Shown piece after piece: positions 55,166-62,831 of a DNA stretch of 64,000 bases. Numbering within the stretch: position 1 is the first letter of the stretch; every line of letters begins with the position of its first letter. A program made the position numbers and the translations under genes. The DNA is from a virus (Duplodnaviria > Caudoviricetes): the IMG/VR virus record IMGVR_UViG_2915264867_000002, positions 22,942 through 86,941 of that record; one strand, written 5' to 3'. The notes beneath the pieces were generated by a model. The model worked only from the letters and a program-made list of their open reading frames with translations, was not told the origin of the DNA and searched no databases.

Positions 55166-56263
55166 ATGCCTCAAGTATTTTTGCAATCCGGCCGTACCTT
55201 TACCCCGGCCGATTCGTCCGCTCTCAATATTCAACAGCGCTTGCCCTTGGGCACCTATCGCGTCGGGACGTCGCCTGCTGGCTTCTACCTGGAAAAAGTC
55301 GAAGACTTCGCCCTGCCGCCAAAGCTGTATGGCAATGTCGATCAACAGGCCGACCGCATCATGCGAACGTTCGCGGACCGCCCTTCCGGCACTGGCGTAC
55401 TCCTCGCGGGTCAAAAAGGCGCAGGCAAAACGATGCTGACGAAACGAATCTCGCAGCGCGCCGCAGCGGAAATGGACGTCATCACGATCCTGATCAATCA
55501 ACCCCTTTACGGCGAGGCATTTAACAGCTTCATCCAGGGCATTAGTCAGCCGGCGATCGTTCTTTTCGATGAGTTTGAAAAAGTCTACGACCGCGACGAC
55601 CAGCAGCAGCTTCTCACAATCTTTGACGGCACCTACAGCTCCAAGAAGCTTTTCCTGCTGACTTGTAATGACCGCTATCGCGTTGACACATACATGATCA
55701 ACCGGCCCGGTCGCATCTACTACTCGCTGGATTTCACGGGCCTGGGCGTCGACTTTATTCGCGAATTTTGCATCGACAATTTGCTCAACCAAGAACACTC
55801 TGCCAGTGTGCAGACCGTGGCAAGTTGCTTCTCCGAGTTCAGTTTCGACATGCTCAAGGCGCTCGTGGAAGAAATGAACCGCTTTGGCGAGACGGCGAAC
55901 GACGCGATGAAGCTTCTGAATATGAAGCCAGAACTGGATGATGGCGGCGAATACGAAGTCACGCTGATCCGAAACGGCAAGCCGGTGATCGCTAAGCAGT
56001 ACAGCGACGATATTCTGGAATCTAATCCCCTCTCTTCCGACGGGTGGAAGCTGGTCATTTATCCGCTCGACGAAACCCACGCTGATTATAAGAAGTCGAA
56101 TGCGGTGACGGAGCGTGAAATGTACTCAGTGGAACTGAGCCGCCTTGTCTCAATCGATCCTGCGGCCGGCAAGTTCACGTTCAACACTACGAAAGCAGGA
56201 ACCCAGCTGGTGTTCGAGCGTAAGCGCGAACGTGCCATGGGATTTAACTACGACAAGTTCTAA
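55166..56263 (+). CDS. AAA+ ATPase (phage type)
   Basis: GQKGAGKT, LFDEFEK, LTCN, NRPGRIYY; ATG 55166. Confidence 0.85.
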   Translation: MPQVFLQSGRTFTPADSSALNIQQRLPLGTYRVGTSPAGFYLEKVEDFALPPKLYGNVDQQADRIMRTFADRPSGTGVLLAGQKGAGKTMLTKRISQRAAAEMDVITILINQPLYGEAFNSFIQGISQPAIVLFDEFEKVYDRDDQQQLLTIFDGTYSSKKLFLLTCNDRYRVDTYMINRPGRIYYSLDFTGLGVDFIREFCIDNLLNQEHSASVQTVASCFSEFSFDMLKALVEEMNRFGETANDAMKLLNMKPELDDGGEYEVTLIRNGKPVIAKQYSDDILESNPLSSDGWKLVIYPLDETHADYKKSNAVTEREMYSVELSRLVSIDPAAGKFTFNTTKAGTQLVFERKRERAMGFNYDKF

Positions 56264-56269
56264 AAGACA

Positions 56270-56292
56270 GGCGGGGAAACCCGCCCCTTTTT
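56270..56292 (+). terminator. Rho-independent terminator
   Basis: GGCGGG-GAAA-CCCGCC-CC-TTTTT. Confidence 0.7.
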
Positions 56293-56306
56293 GAAAGGCA
56301 GAAATA

Positions 56307-56891
56307 ATGAAAATCCTATTTCCTCAATTACTGATCAAAGTCCTCGTGCGCAGCGCCGCGCGCCGGCCGTTTCACACGCTGGAGGGCTACATGAAGCGCG
56401 ATTGGCTGCTGGACCCGCAAAGCATCCTGGCCCGAGTCACCGGTTGCGGCGCCAGAATCCAGCAGATCCTGAGCAGCGATCGCGAGAAGGTTCCGCACGA
56501 CCACCCATGGCCCTACATCAGCTTTATCCTCGAGGGCGGGTACACGGAATTGCGCTACCACGACACGATGATTGCCGCGTACCGCTACGCCGCCAAGCAT
56601 CGTGCCAAGCACGGCATGCCAGAAGTCCATTTCAATGGCGAGATTGGTCAGTGGGAATCGCATTCCTACTACGGCGCCGGCAGCGTGCTGATCCGCAAGG
56701 CAAAGACGATGCACCGCCTTGTCATCGCCAAGGGCGAATCGGCCACTACCCTTTTCATCATGGGCCGTTACGGCCAGAAATGGGGCTACCTGACCTCTGA
56801 TGGCAAAGTCTACTGGCGCGACTACCAGTGCCCGGAAGAAGTAGCGCGGTCTGCTGCGGCTATCGAAGAAGTGTACGGGGTGCAGGCATGA
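56307..56891 (+). CDS. Cupin-like phage protein
   Basis: PHDHPW...ILEGGYTE...MHRL. Confidence 0.65.
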   Translation: MKILFPQLLIKVLVRSAARRPFHTLEGYMKRDWLLDPQSILARVTGCGARIQQILSSDREKVPHDHPWPYISFILEGGYTELRYHDTMIAAYRYAAKHRAKHGMPEVHFNGEIGQWESHSYYGAGSVLIRKAKTMHRLVIAKGESATTLFIMGRYGQKWGYLTSDGKVYWRDYQCPEEVARSAAAIEEVYGVQA

Positions 56892-57163
56892 AGCTCCTGA
56901 ACGCCATCTTCAAGCGCATCAAACACGCCCGGTTCCTCCTGGCCATCCACTGGCCGTACGGCTCCCTGTGCCGCCTACCGTACGGCAGCAAGGGTGAGAT
57001 TCGCCTCACGAAACAAATGTGGATCATCGTGTCTGACGGGGTGTCCCAGGACGCGCTCCCGATCTCGTTCGTGTCTCCGCAGCTGATCGAGAGCATTGGC
57101 ATCGAGCTGGCGAAGAAGTGGTACTGGCCGCAGGCAGAGTCAGCACAAGCCGCAGAAGTATAA
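56888..57163 (+). CDS. Hypothetical protein
   Basis: ATGA-coupled. Confidence 0.5.
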   Translation: MKLLNAIFKRIKHARFLLAIHWPYGSLCRLPYGSKGEIRLTKQMWIIVSDGVSQDALPISFVSPQLIESIGIELAKKWYWPQAESAQAAEV

Positions 57164-57184
57164 GTTTTTTTACGCTATAATAAG

Positions 57185-57202
57185 TAAGTCAGTACTGACC
57201 TA
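57185..57202. promoter_or_regulatory. 18-bp box TAAGTCAGTACTGACCTA; TATAAT just upstream
   Basis: Read directly. Confidence 0.85.
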
Positions 57203-57272
57203 TCTTTCGCTTGAGGATAGGTTTAAACCCATCCTCAATCTCATATACACAGAAATAAGGAAACACAGAACA

Positions 57273-57725
57273 ATGGCAACCAAAGTAACGATGTACGAAG
57301 CAAAAGATGGCTCCCTGCACAAAACCCCGAGCGCCTGCGACGCCAAAAACGTGGAGCTGCGCTTGGCGCCAGCCATCGAGAAATTCGTGGACGGCCTGGC
57401 CCCCAATGCTCCGGGCATGACCAATACGACCGAATCGACGACCATCCAGCCATTCTGCATCGAGTTAGGCAATTTGCCGCAATTCCTGCTGGGTCAATCT
57501 GAAGCCCTGCGCAAGGTGCTGAATGACGCGCTGGTAGTGAAGAAGCCGCGCAAGGGCGCTGCCAAGCCGGCCTCCGCACCCACCCCGGCGCCTACCGACC
57601 CATCGCCGGTACCAGCCGCTGCCCCACAACAGGCTGCGGCGCAGGTCGCCGCAAGCTCGCAGGTCAACGTCAATTCGATCGACGACCTGGACGACGCTCT
57701 TGCCCAGTTGGAAGCGCAGTCGTAA
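57273..57725 (+). CDS. Hypothetical protein with acidic amphipathic tail
   Basis: SD AAGGA, ATG 57273; ends DDLDDALAQLEAQS. Confidence 0.6.
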   Translation: MATKVTMYEAKDGSLHKTPSACDAKNVELRLAPAIEKFVDGLAPNAPGMTNTTESTTIQPFCIELGNLPQFLLGQSEALRKVLNDALVVKKPRKGAAKPASAPTPAPTDPSPVPAAAPQQAAAQVAASSQVNVNSIDDLDDALAQLEAQS

Positions 57726-57798
57726 TTCTGTCTTTCTGTAAATCTGCATAACCACAATTCAGCCGCCCATGCGGCTGAAGTTTCCAGAGGAGCTTGAA

Positions 57799-57987
57799 AT
57801 GTCAGAAATGAACAGCACTGGCGGCAAAGGCTCGGCCCGCCGCCCTGGCGAAATCACTCAGTCGGCCTGGGATGCGGTATTCGGCAAGAAATCGAAGCCG
57901 GTCATTACGCCATGCGGCGGTTGCGGAGAGTCCGATCCCGACAAACGCTGTTTCGGCTGCCGCCACCCCTTTACGCCGCAAAAGTAG
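57799..57987 (+). CDS. Small Zn-ribbon-like protein
   Basis: SD GAGGAG; GGKGSARRP; CGGC...CFGC. Confidence 0.55.
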   Translation: MSEMNSTGGKGSARRPGEITQSAWDAVFGKKSKPVITPCGGCGESDPDKRCFGCRHPFTPQK

Positions 57988-58002
57988 TCCAGTTGTCCAA
58001 AT

Positions 58003-58025
58003 AGCCCGTCCAGACGGGCTTATTT
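58003..58025 (+). terminator. Terminator-like hairpin
   Basis: AGCCCGTC-CA-GACGGGCT-TATTT. Confidence 0.55.
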
Positions 58026-58038
58026 AGAATTGTAAATG

Positions 58039-58056
58039 TAAGTCAATAGTGACTTA
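58039..58056. promoter_or_regulatory. 18-bp box TAAGTCAATAGTGACTTA
   Basis: Read directly. Confidence 0.8.
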
Positions 58057-58070
58057 GTTTGAGGGGAAAT

Positions 58071-58511
58071 ATGAACAAACCTAACTTTGAATTATTGAAG
58101 GATGCGTACGCAATCATCTACGGCATCCCTGCCGAAGTTATCGACCTAGATAGCATAATTAAGTCGAGAGGCGACAGCCTGAGCTGCGGCACCGTCGCCT
58201 GCGCTTTTGGTTGGCTGGGTATGCATCCTAAATTCAAAAATTTGATGAACCCTACCGCCGGCAATTTCCCGGACTGGGTAATCGGCGGAAAGCTGCACAT
58301 CGGCCACGACGAGGCGGCCGCAGCACTCTTCCAGATTGCCCCCGAAGATGGCTTCAATCTGTTTTCGTCATCCTGCAACAGTCGCTACGACCGTAAGTTC
58401 AATAGCAAACTCGGTCACAAAGCCATGTTCCTTCACCGCATGGAATCGTTCTTGAAAGAGCGTGGCGAGTGGAAGGGTCTCACCAAACGCAACGGGTCCG
58501 TGCCATGCTGA
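58071..58511 (+). CDS. Hypothetical protein (CGTVACAFGW motif)
   Basis: ATG 58071. Confidence 0.6.
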   Translation: MNKPNFELLKDAYAIIYGIPAEVIDLDSIIKSRGDSLSCGTVACAFGWLGMHPKFKNLMNPTAGNFPDWVIGGKLHIGHDEAAAALFQIAPEDGFNLFSSSCNSRYDRKFNSKLGHKAMFLHRMESFLKERGEWKGLTKRNGSVPC

Positions 58512-59053
58512 TCACCGGCCTCGACACCGAAACCACCGGCCTCGATCCGGCTGACGGCCACCGCATCATCGAAATCGCCCTGCTCACCTACGACTCGGAC
58601 ACCCGCAAGCTGGTGGACCAGTACGTGCAGCGCATCGACCCGGAGCGCGCGATCTCGGCCGGCGCCCAGGAGGTCCACGGTATCGCCTACAACGAGCTGG
58701 TCGGCATGCCGAAGTGGAATGACGTGGCGCCGATCATCGTTGAGCGCCTGAAGGCCACCGACCTGGCAATCGCCCACAACATGGACTTCGACGGCCCATT
58801 CATAGGCCTGGAGCTGGTGCGCGTCGGGCAGGCAGTACCGAACTTCGACACGTTCTGCACCATGAAAAACGGACGCTGGGCAGCGTTCGACGGTAAGTCT
58901 CCCAAGCTGATAGAGCTGTGTTTCGCGCTGGGCGTCGAGTACGACAAAGCGAAGGCCCACGCCGCCGACTATGACGTCGAGGTGATGATGGAATGCTTCT
59001 GGCGCGGCCTGGATCGCGGCTTCTACCGCCCTGATCTGCTGACGGCCGCGTAA
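58505..59053 (+). CDS. dnaQ-like: DEDDh 3'-5' exonuclease (DnaQ/epsilon-like)
   Basis: DTETTG, AHNMDFD, HAADYD; ATG 58505. Confidence 0.88.
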   Translation: MLITGLDTETTGLDPADGHRIIEIALLTYDSDTRKLVDQYVQRIDPERAISAGAQEVHGIAYNELVGMPKWNDVAPIIVERLKATDLAIAHNMDFDGPFIGLELVRVGQAVPNFDTFCTMKNGRWAAFDGKSPKLIELCFALGVEYDKAKAHAADYDVEVMMECFWRGLDRGFYRPDLLTAA

Positions 59054-59322
59054 TGGCCTGGGGCCACCACAAGCCGAAAACGCAGCGCGAAAACCATCGG
59101 GGCTGGCGCATCAACCCGGCACTGCCGGCAGGCTACCGCTTAGAGCGCGGGTATCCGGAGCGCCAGAACGTGATCTGGACTTGTAGCGAAGATGACGACG
59201 TGGTCGCCCAGGCGCTTCAAGGCTTTAGCGTCGCGGAGATCGCCAGCTACCACCTGCGTTCGATCGGCAGCATTCGCAGCCGCCTTGCCCGTCACGGCCT
59301 GGAACAACAGGATCGACCGTGA
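59053..59322 (+). CDS. Hypothetical protein, C-terminal HTH-like
   Basis: SVAEIASYHLRSIGSIRSRL. Confidence 0.5.
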   Translation: MAWGHHKPKTQRENHRGWRINPALPAGYRLERGYPERQNVIWTCSEDDDVVAQALQGFSVAEIASYHLRSIGSIRSRLARHGLEQQDRP

Positions 59323-59744
59323 GCGGCTGGGCCTTTGAAGGTGTCAGGCGTGTCGGTCTGTACCGCACCGCCGTTCACCATAGCCAGATCGACCTCTGGA
59401 ATGGCGTCTACCAGCACTGGGATGGTGAGCACTGGGGCGAGATAGGTCTGACGCCAGCGGAGGCCCAGAGCCTGGCCGCCAAGCCCACCAAATACGAGCC
59501 GAACTTTTGGCTAGAGATAAATCATGGAGAACAAATTGAGCCTTGCACCCGACTGCCCCTACTGCAACCAGAGATCCAAGCTGGTCGACAGCAAGGTGAT
59601 TTACGGCACCAGCTACGGCCTGATCTACCTGTGCCGGCCGTGCGACGCGTACGTAGGCGTCCACAAGGGCACGGAGACACCGCTGGGCCGCCTGGCCAAC
59701 GCCGAGCTGCGGGAATGGAAGAAACGCGCTCACGCGGCGTTTGA
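59319..59744 (+). CDS. Hypothetical protein; only the first ~67 codons look genuine
   Basis: Trp-rich N-terminus, then runs 221 nt into the next gene in another frame. Confidence 0.4.
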   Translation: MSGWAFEGVRRVGLYRTAVHHSQIDLWNGVYQHWDGEHWGEIGLTPAEAQSLAAKPTKYEPNFWLEINHGEQIEPCTRLPLLQPEIQAGRQQGDLRHQLRPDLPVPAVRRVRRRPQGHGDTAGPPGQRRAAGMEETRSRGV

Positions 59745-59973
59745 TCCGGTCTGGGAGCGCAACATCGTCCAAGCGGTCCAGAGGAACGGAGGCCGCTTCC
59801 CGAAAGGCATCAAGTCCAACATGCGTGGCCAGGCATATAAGCAGCTGGCCCACGCCATGAACATCGACCGTGAACTGTGCCACATCGGCATGTTCGACGT
59901 CGAGCAGTGCATGGCGGTGGTGCGAATCGCGCGCCAGTGGAACAACAACCTCCCAGGAGTAAAACATGAGTAA
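59524..59973 (+). CDS. DUF3268-like zinc-finger protein
   Basis: CPYC...YLC.PCDAYVGVHKGT..PLGRLANAELR..K..AH..FD. Confidence 0.8.
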   Translation: MENKLSLAPDCPYCNQRSKLVDSKVIYGTSYGLIYLCRPCDAYVGVHKGTETPLGRLANAELREWKKRAHAAFDPVWERNIVQAVQRNGGRFPKGIKSNMRGQAYKQLAHAMNIDRELCHIGMFDVEQCMAVVRIARQWNNNLPGVKHE

Positions 59974-60250
59974 GCAATCGGACGCCCAAGCGGCACAGCA
60001 GTACAACCCGAAACCAGATCCGGCAACTTGCGGTAACTGCAAGCACTTCGCATCGGAGAAGAAGCTGCCGGCGTGGATGGAGCGCGACAACGCCGAGGGC
60101 AGGAAACCCTTGGCCTGGTCCGGTGACATCAAGCGTGAGCGTTACACCGCCGAAGAAGACGGCGTAGAGAAGAATCTGCGCTGCGGCCTCGGCGGCTTCG
60201 CGGTGAAGAAGATGGCTTCGTGCGCTGAATTCACCCGCAAGCGAAATTAA
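59966..60250 (+). CDS. Cys-rich hypothetical protein
   Basis: CGNC.HF...C...C. Confidence 0.6.
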   Translation: MSKQSDAQAAQQYNPKPDPATCGNCKHFASEKKLPAWMERDNAEGRKPLAWSGDIKRERYTAEEDGVEKNLRCGLGGFAVKKMASCAEFTRKRN

Positions 60251-60304
60251 ACCAGAGATAATGAAATACAGAAAAGCGTATTTCATTATTAACAGAAAGA
60301 TTAA

Positions 60305-60799
60305 ATGAATCCGAAAAGCAAAGACCTGATCGCGCGCCTGCGCATCGTGGCCGGCCAGAGTGTCGTCAAGCCGCCGGCCATCGACATCGAGGCGGCTGAC
60401 TACATCGAGCAATTGGAGAAAGAGCTGGCGCGCGCACGTCGGCGCCTGCCTAACCTCTTACCTGGCCAGCTGGAGAAGGACGTCCCCTGGCGCAACGTCC
60501 AGCCGGACGCTTTCTGCTTCATCCTTGGCGAGACAACCGTATTTGACGGCAAAGAAGTGCTGCGAACCTGGAATGCCATGCGTGACGCCCTTCTCAAGCG
60601 CCACGACGCCGAATGCGCGCACGTGGGCCACTTAAGCCAGGAACACCTCGACAGCATTGAAGAAGCCGCACACGTACTTGAATCGGCTGCCGCGCACAAC
60701 CTTTCGAAGTGCCGAACCGTACTGGCGAACACGCAGCAAGACCGCGCTGACCGCCTGCGGTGCGCTCTCGCTGCCGCCAACACCCAAATCAGATATTGA
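60305..60799 (+). CDS. Hypothetical protein
   Basis: ORF track. Confidence 0.55.
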   Translation: MNPKSKDLIARLRIVAGQSVVKPPAIDIEAADYIEQLEKELARARRRLPNLLPGQLEKDVPWRNVQPDAFCFILGETTVFDGKEVLRTWNAMRDALLKRHDAECAHVGHLSQEHLDSIEEAAHVLESAAAHNLSKCRTVLANTQQDRADRLRCALAAANTQIRY

Positions 60800-60807
60800 G
60801 AATAACT

Positions 60808-61056
60808 ATGCAAAAGTGGAAAGTATCAATGCCGCGTGAACCTCGCACAGACGGCAAGCCGCACGTCGTACTGGCGGTCAAATTTCACAGCGGGCAGCGG
60901 ATCGAATTTATCGGAGCGCTCGAGCCGGATATGGCCAAAGCTATTCTCGGAAAGATAATTGGCAAGCCGAAGGTCGGTGAGGATCTTGGCATTGAAAAAG
61001 CGTTCGACAATTCATCAGTCAAACGCAAAAAGAAGGAGAACAGCAATCGTGAGTGA
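60808..61056 (+). CDS. Hypothetical protein
   Basis: ATG 60808. Confidence 0.5.
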   Translation: MQKWKVSMPREPRTDGKPHVVLAVKFHSGQRIEFIGALEPDMAKAILGKIIGKPKVGEDLGIEKAFDNSSVKRKKKENSNRE

Positions 61057-61228
61057 AGATCGAATCATCTATCGCCAAGACCTGTACAAGGCCTTGGGCG
61101 TTACGTCGGAGACGCTGCGCAAATGGATCAAAGAAGAGAAGATGCCGCCAGCGGACATCGCCATCAGCCGCCGCACGGTGGGGTGGCGTCTGTCCACCCT
61201 CCAGGCTGCCGGCATCCGACTTATCTAA
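61049..61228 (+). CDS. alpA: AlpA-family excisionase/recombination directionality factor
   Basis: IIYRQDLYKALGVTSETLRKWIKEEKMP......RTVGWR; GTG 61049 with SD AAGGAG upstream. Confidence 0.75.
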   Translation: MSEDRIIYRQDLYKALGVTSETLRKWIKEEKMPPADIAISRRTVGWRLSTLQAAGIRLI

Positions 61229-61345
61229 ACTGTACTGGCTCATCCCTGACCCGACACAGCATATCTAACAGCGACAGGCAGCCTGCGCCTCGAAACTAAC
61301 GTTTGACGTTTCGTGACTCAAAACAGCGGGCTAATAATGCGTGGA

Positions 61346-61780
61346 CTATGACGATTTCTTCTGCTCCTGAATGGCAGCGTCATATCGCTCAAGGTCGTTA
61401 TACCAGACCCGCTGGTATGCAATATTGCGTTGTTTGAGGTAATCGTCGATGGCTCCAGAGAGCTTGTTGGCGAGATTCAAGCCGTTTATGCTATCCCATA
61501 TTTCTGGGTCAATTAAGTCAGGGTAAATGGCATCAAGATGGAATATCTCCTTGCGATAAATATTTCGGAATCGCTCTAACCAGGGATGTATAACTCCCTT
61601 TTCAACGTGGAGCATGTCGTGTACCTCCCAGACGTGTAGCATGTGATACGGCTCTGGAACCCCAGCGTCAAAGAGAGAGCGCTCCCTGTCTATGGGATTG
61701 TGCGAGTGTCCAATTTTCACTAGATACGGACTGTCTTGCATCATTGCCATGTAAACGAATTGTCCACTTCCGATATTCAT
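61346..61780 (-). CDS. GIY-YIG superfamily (T5orf172-like) nuclease
   Basis: FVYMA....YLVKIGHS....R...L..AGVP.PY......E...H......EIF; ATG 61780 chosen within ORF ending 61867. Confidence 0.7.
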   Translation of the reverse strand: MNIGSGQFVYMAMMQDSPYLVKIGHSHNPIDRERSLFDAGVPEPYHMLHVWEVHDMLHVEKGVIHPWLERFRNIYRKEIFHLDAIYPDLIDPEIWDSINGLNLANKLSGAIDDYLKQRNIAYQRVWYNDLERYDAAIQEQKKSS

Positions 61781-61961
61781 ATCCCACCTGGTCCTTTTAA
61801 CGTTGACTGTATCAAAAACATAGACTTTCGATAAATTTCCACCCTGGCTTTGGCCGCCTCGCAGCAATCTAACTCATCTGACAGTGTGTCATGTTAAGTG
61901 TAACCTAGTACATCCGATGGTACAATCCTTCTCTACTTGCCTAATTCACGGCAGAGATTCG

Positions 61962-62831
61962 TCAATTAGGAGCCTGATCAAAATAAGCTTTTACTTGCAC
62001 TGTGGCCAAATAAGCATGGGCCAAGAGGAGATTGCACGCGTGCTGAAGAACGTCTTGGTGCGAAAATTCATTATCCATCGGAATCTTAATTAGACAGATC
62101 GTCGATGGATAATTTGTGTAGCGGAAGTAGCTATTAATATACGGAAGCCACTCATCAACAAACGCTTTATGGCCGGACCGGCCACACTTAGCAAACACTT
62201 TGCTGTTGAATGTTTCCCGGTCTTTAACTTGCCCCCCAGTATGGACTATGTGATGACGCAGTTGAGCGGTAACATTGGTGCTCAACAAAAGACTGGCCCC
62301 GGTGGCGTTCTTGTTCTCGAGCTTTTCTAGCTGAGGCAGAATTCTACGCAGAGACTTCAGTACAAATTCCGCTCCGATCGAGCGCGCAATTGCCTTGACC
62401 GCTATAAGGCAATCGTCAAAGCTTGGCTCAATGGCCGCGCTGTCGGAAAGCATTGCCCGCTCCCTCTGGGTCCAAGCCTCAATTCGTTCCCTCCCCACAA
62501 ATGCATAGAGGTGTAACAGAAAAATTTCAAACTGCTCATAGGCTTCGACAAGTAGCCATTGATATTGCCTATTTTCGTGTCGGAGCGTACTGTCGATAGT
62601 TTCAGCAATTGTAACCACCTTCCGACCGTAGAATTGCCAGTCATTACCAATTGGGTCTCTGAAGGCCATATTATGGCTGCCCATTGTATGGTCTTTGTCG
62701 CCCTCTACCTCTTGCAGTCTATTTCCTAGTTGGATCATCTGGCCTTTGACCACTGAATTTACTGAACGCTGCTGCAGTTCCACTTCTGTCATGCCAGCAT
62801 AGTAGACATTAAGAATTTCGTCTGGTGTCAT
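61962..62831 (-). CDS. HEPN-motif protein, candidate Abi/defence RNase
   Basis: LLVEAYEQFEIFL helix and RHHIVH (Rx4H, 62241-62258) followed by TGG; AT-richer; ATGA overlap with integrase stop. Confidence 0.55.
   Translation of the reverse strand: MTPDEILNVYYAGMTEVELQQRSVNSVVKGQMIQLGNRLQEVEGDKDHTMGSHNMAFRDPIGNDWQFYGRKVVTIAETIDSTLRHENRQYQWLLVEAYEQFEIFLLHLYAFVGRERIEAWTQRERAMLSDSAAIEPSFDDCLIAVKAIARSIGAEFVLKSLRRILPQLEKLENKNATGASLLLSTNVTAQLRHHIVHTGGQVKDRETFNSKVFAKCGRSGHKAFVDEWLPYINSYFRYTNYPSTICLIKIPMDNEFSHQDVLQHACNLLLAHAYLATVQVKAYFDQAPN

Noticed and set aside
1887-58056. 18-bp palindromes as a CRISPR array or REP/transposon ends
   Set aside because: Copies are dispersed singly at promoters, with no regular spacers, no cas genes and no transposase or target duplication.
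1886-58057. Apparent compensatory covariation of bases flanking the palindrome (cruciform/RNA hairpin idea)
   Set aside because: Flanks are mostly purine on the left and pyrimidine on the right, and many are G/T, which a 20-bp consensus explains without covariation.
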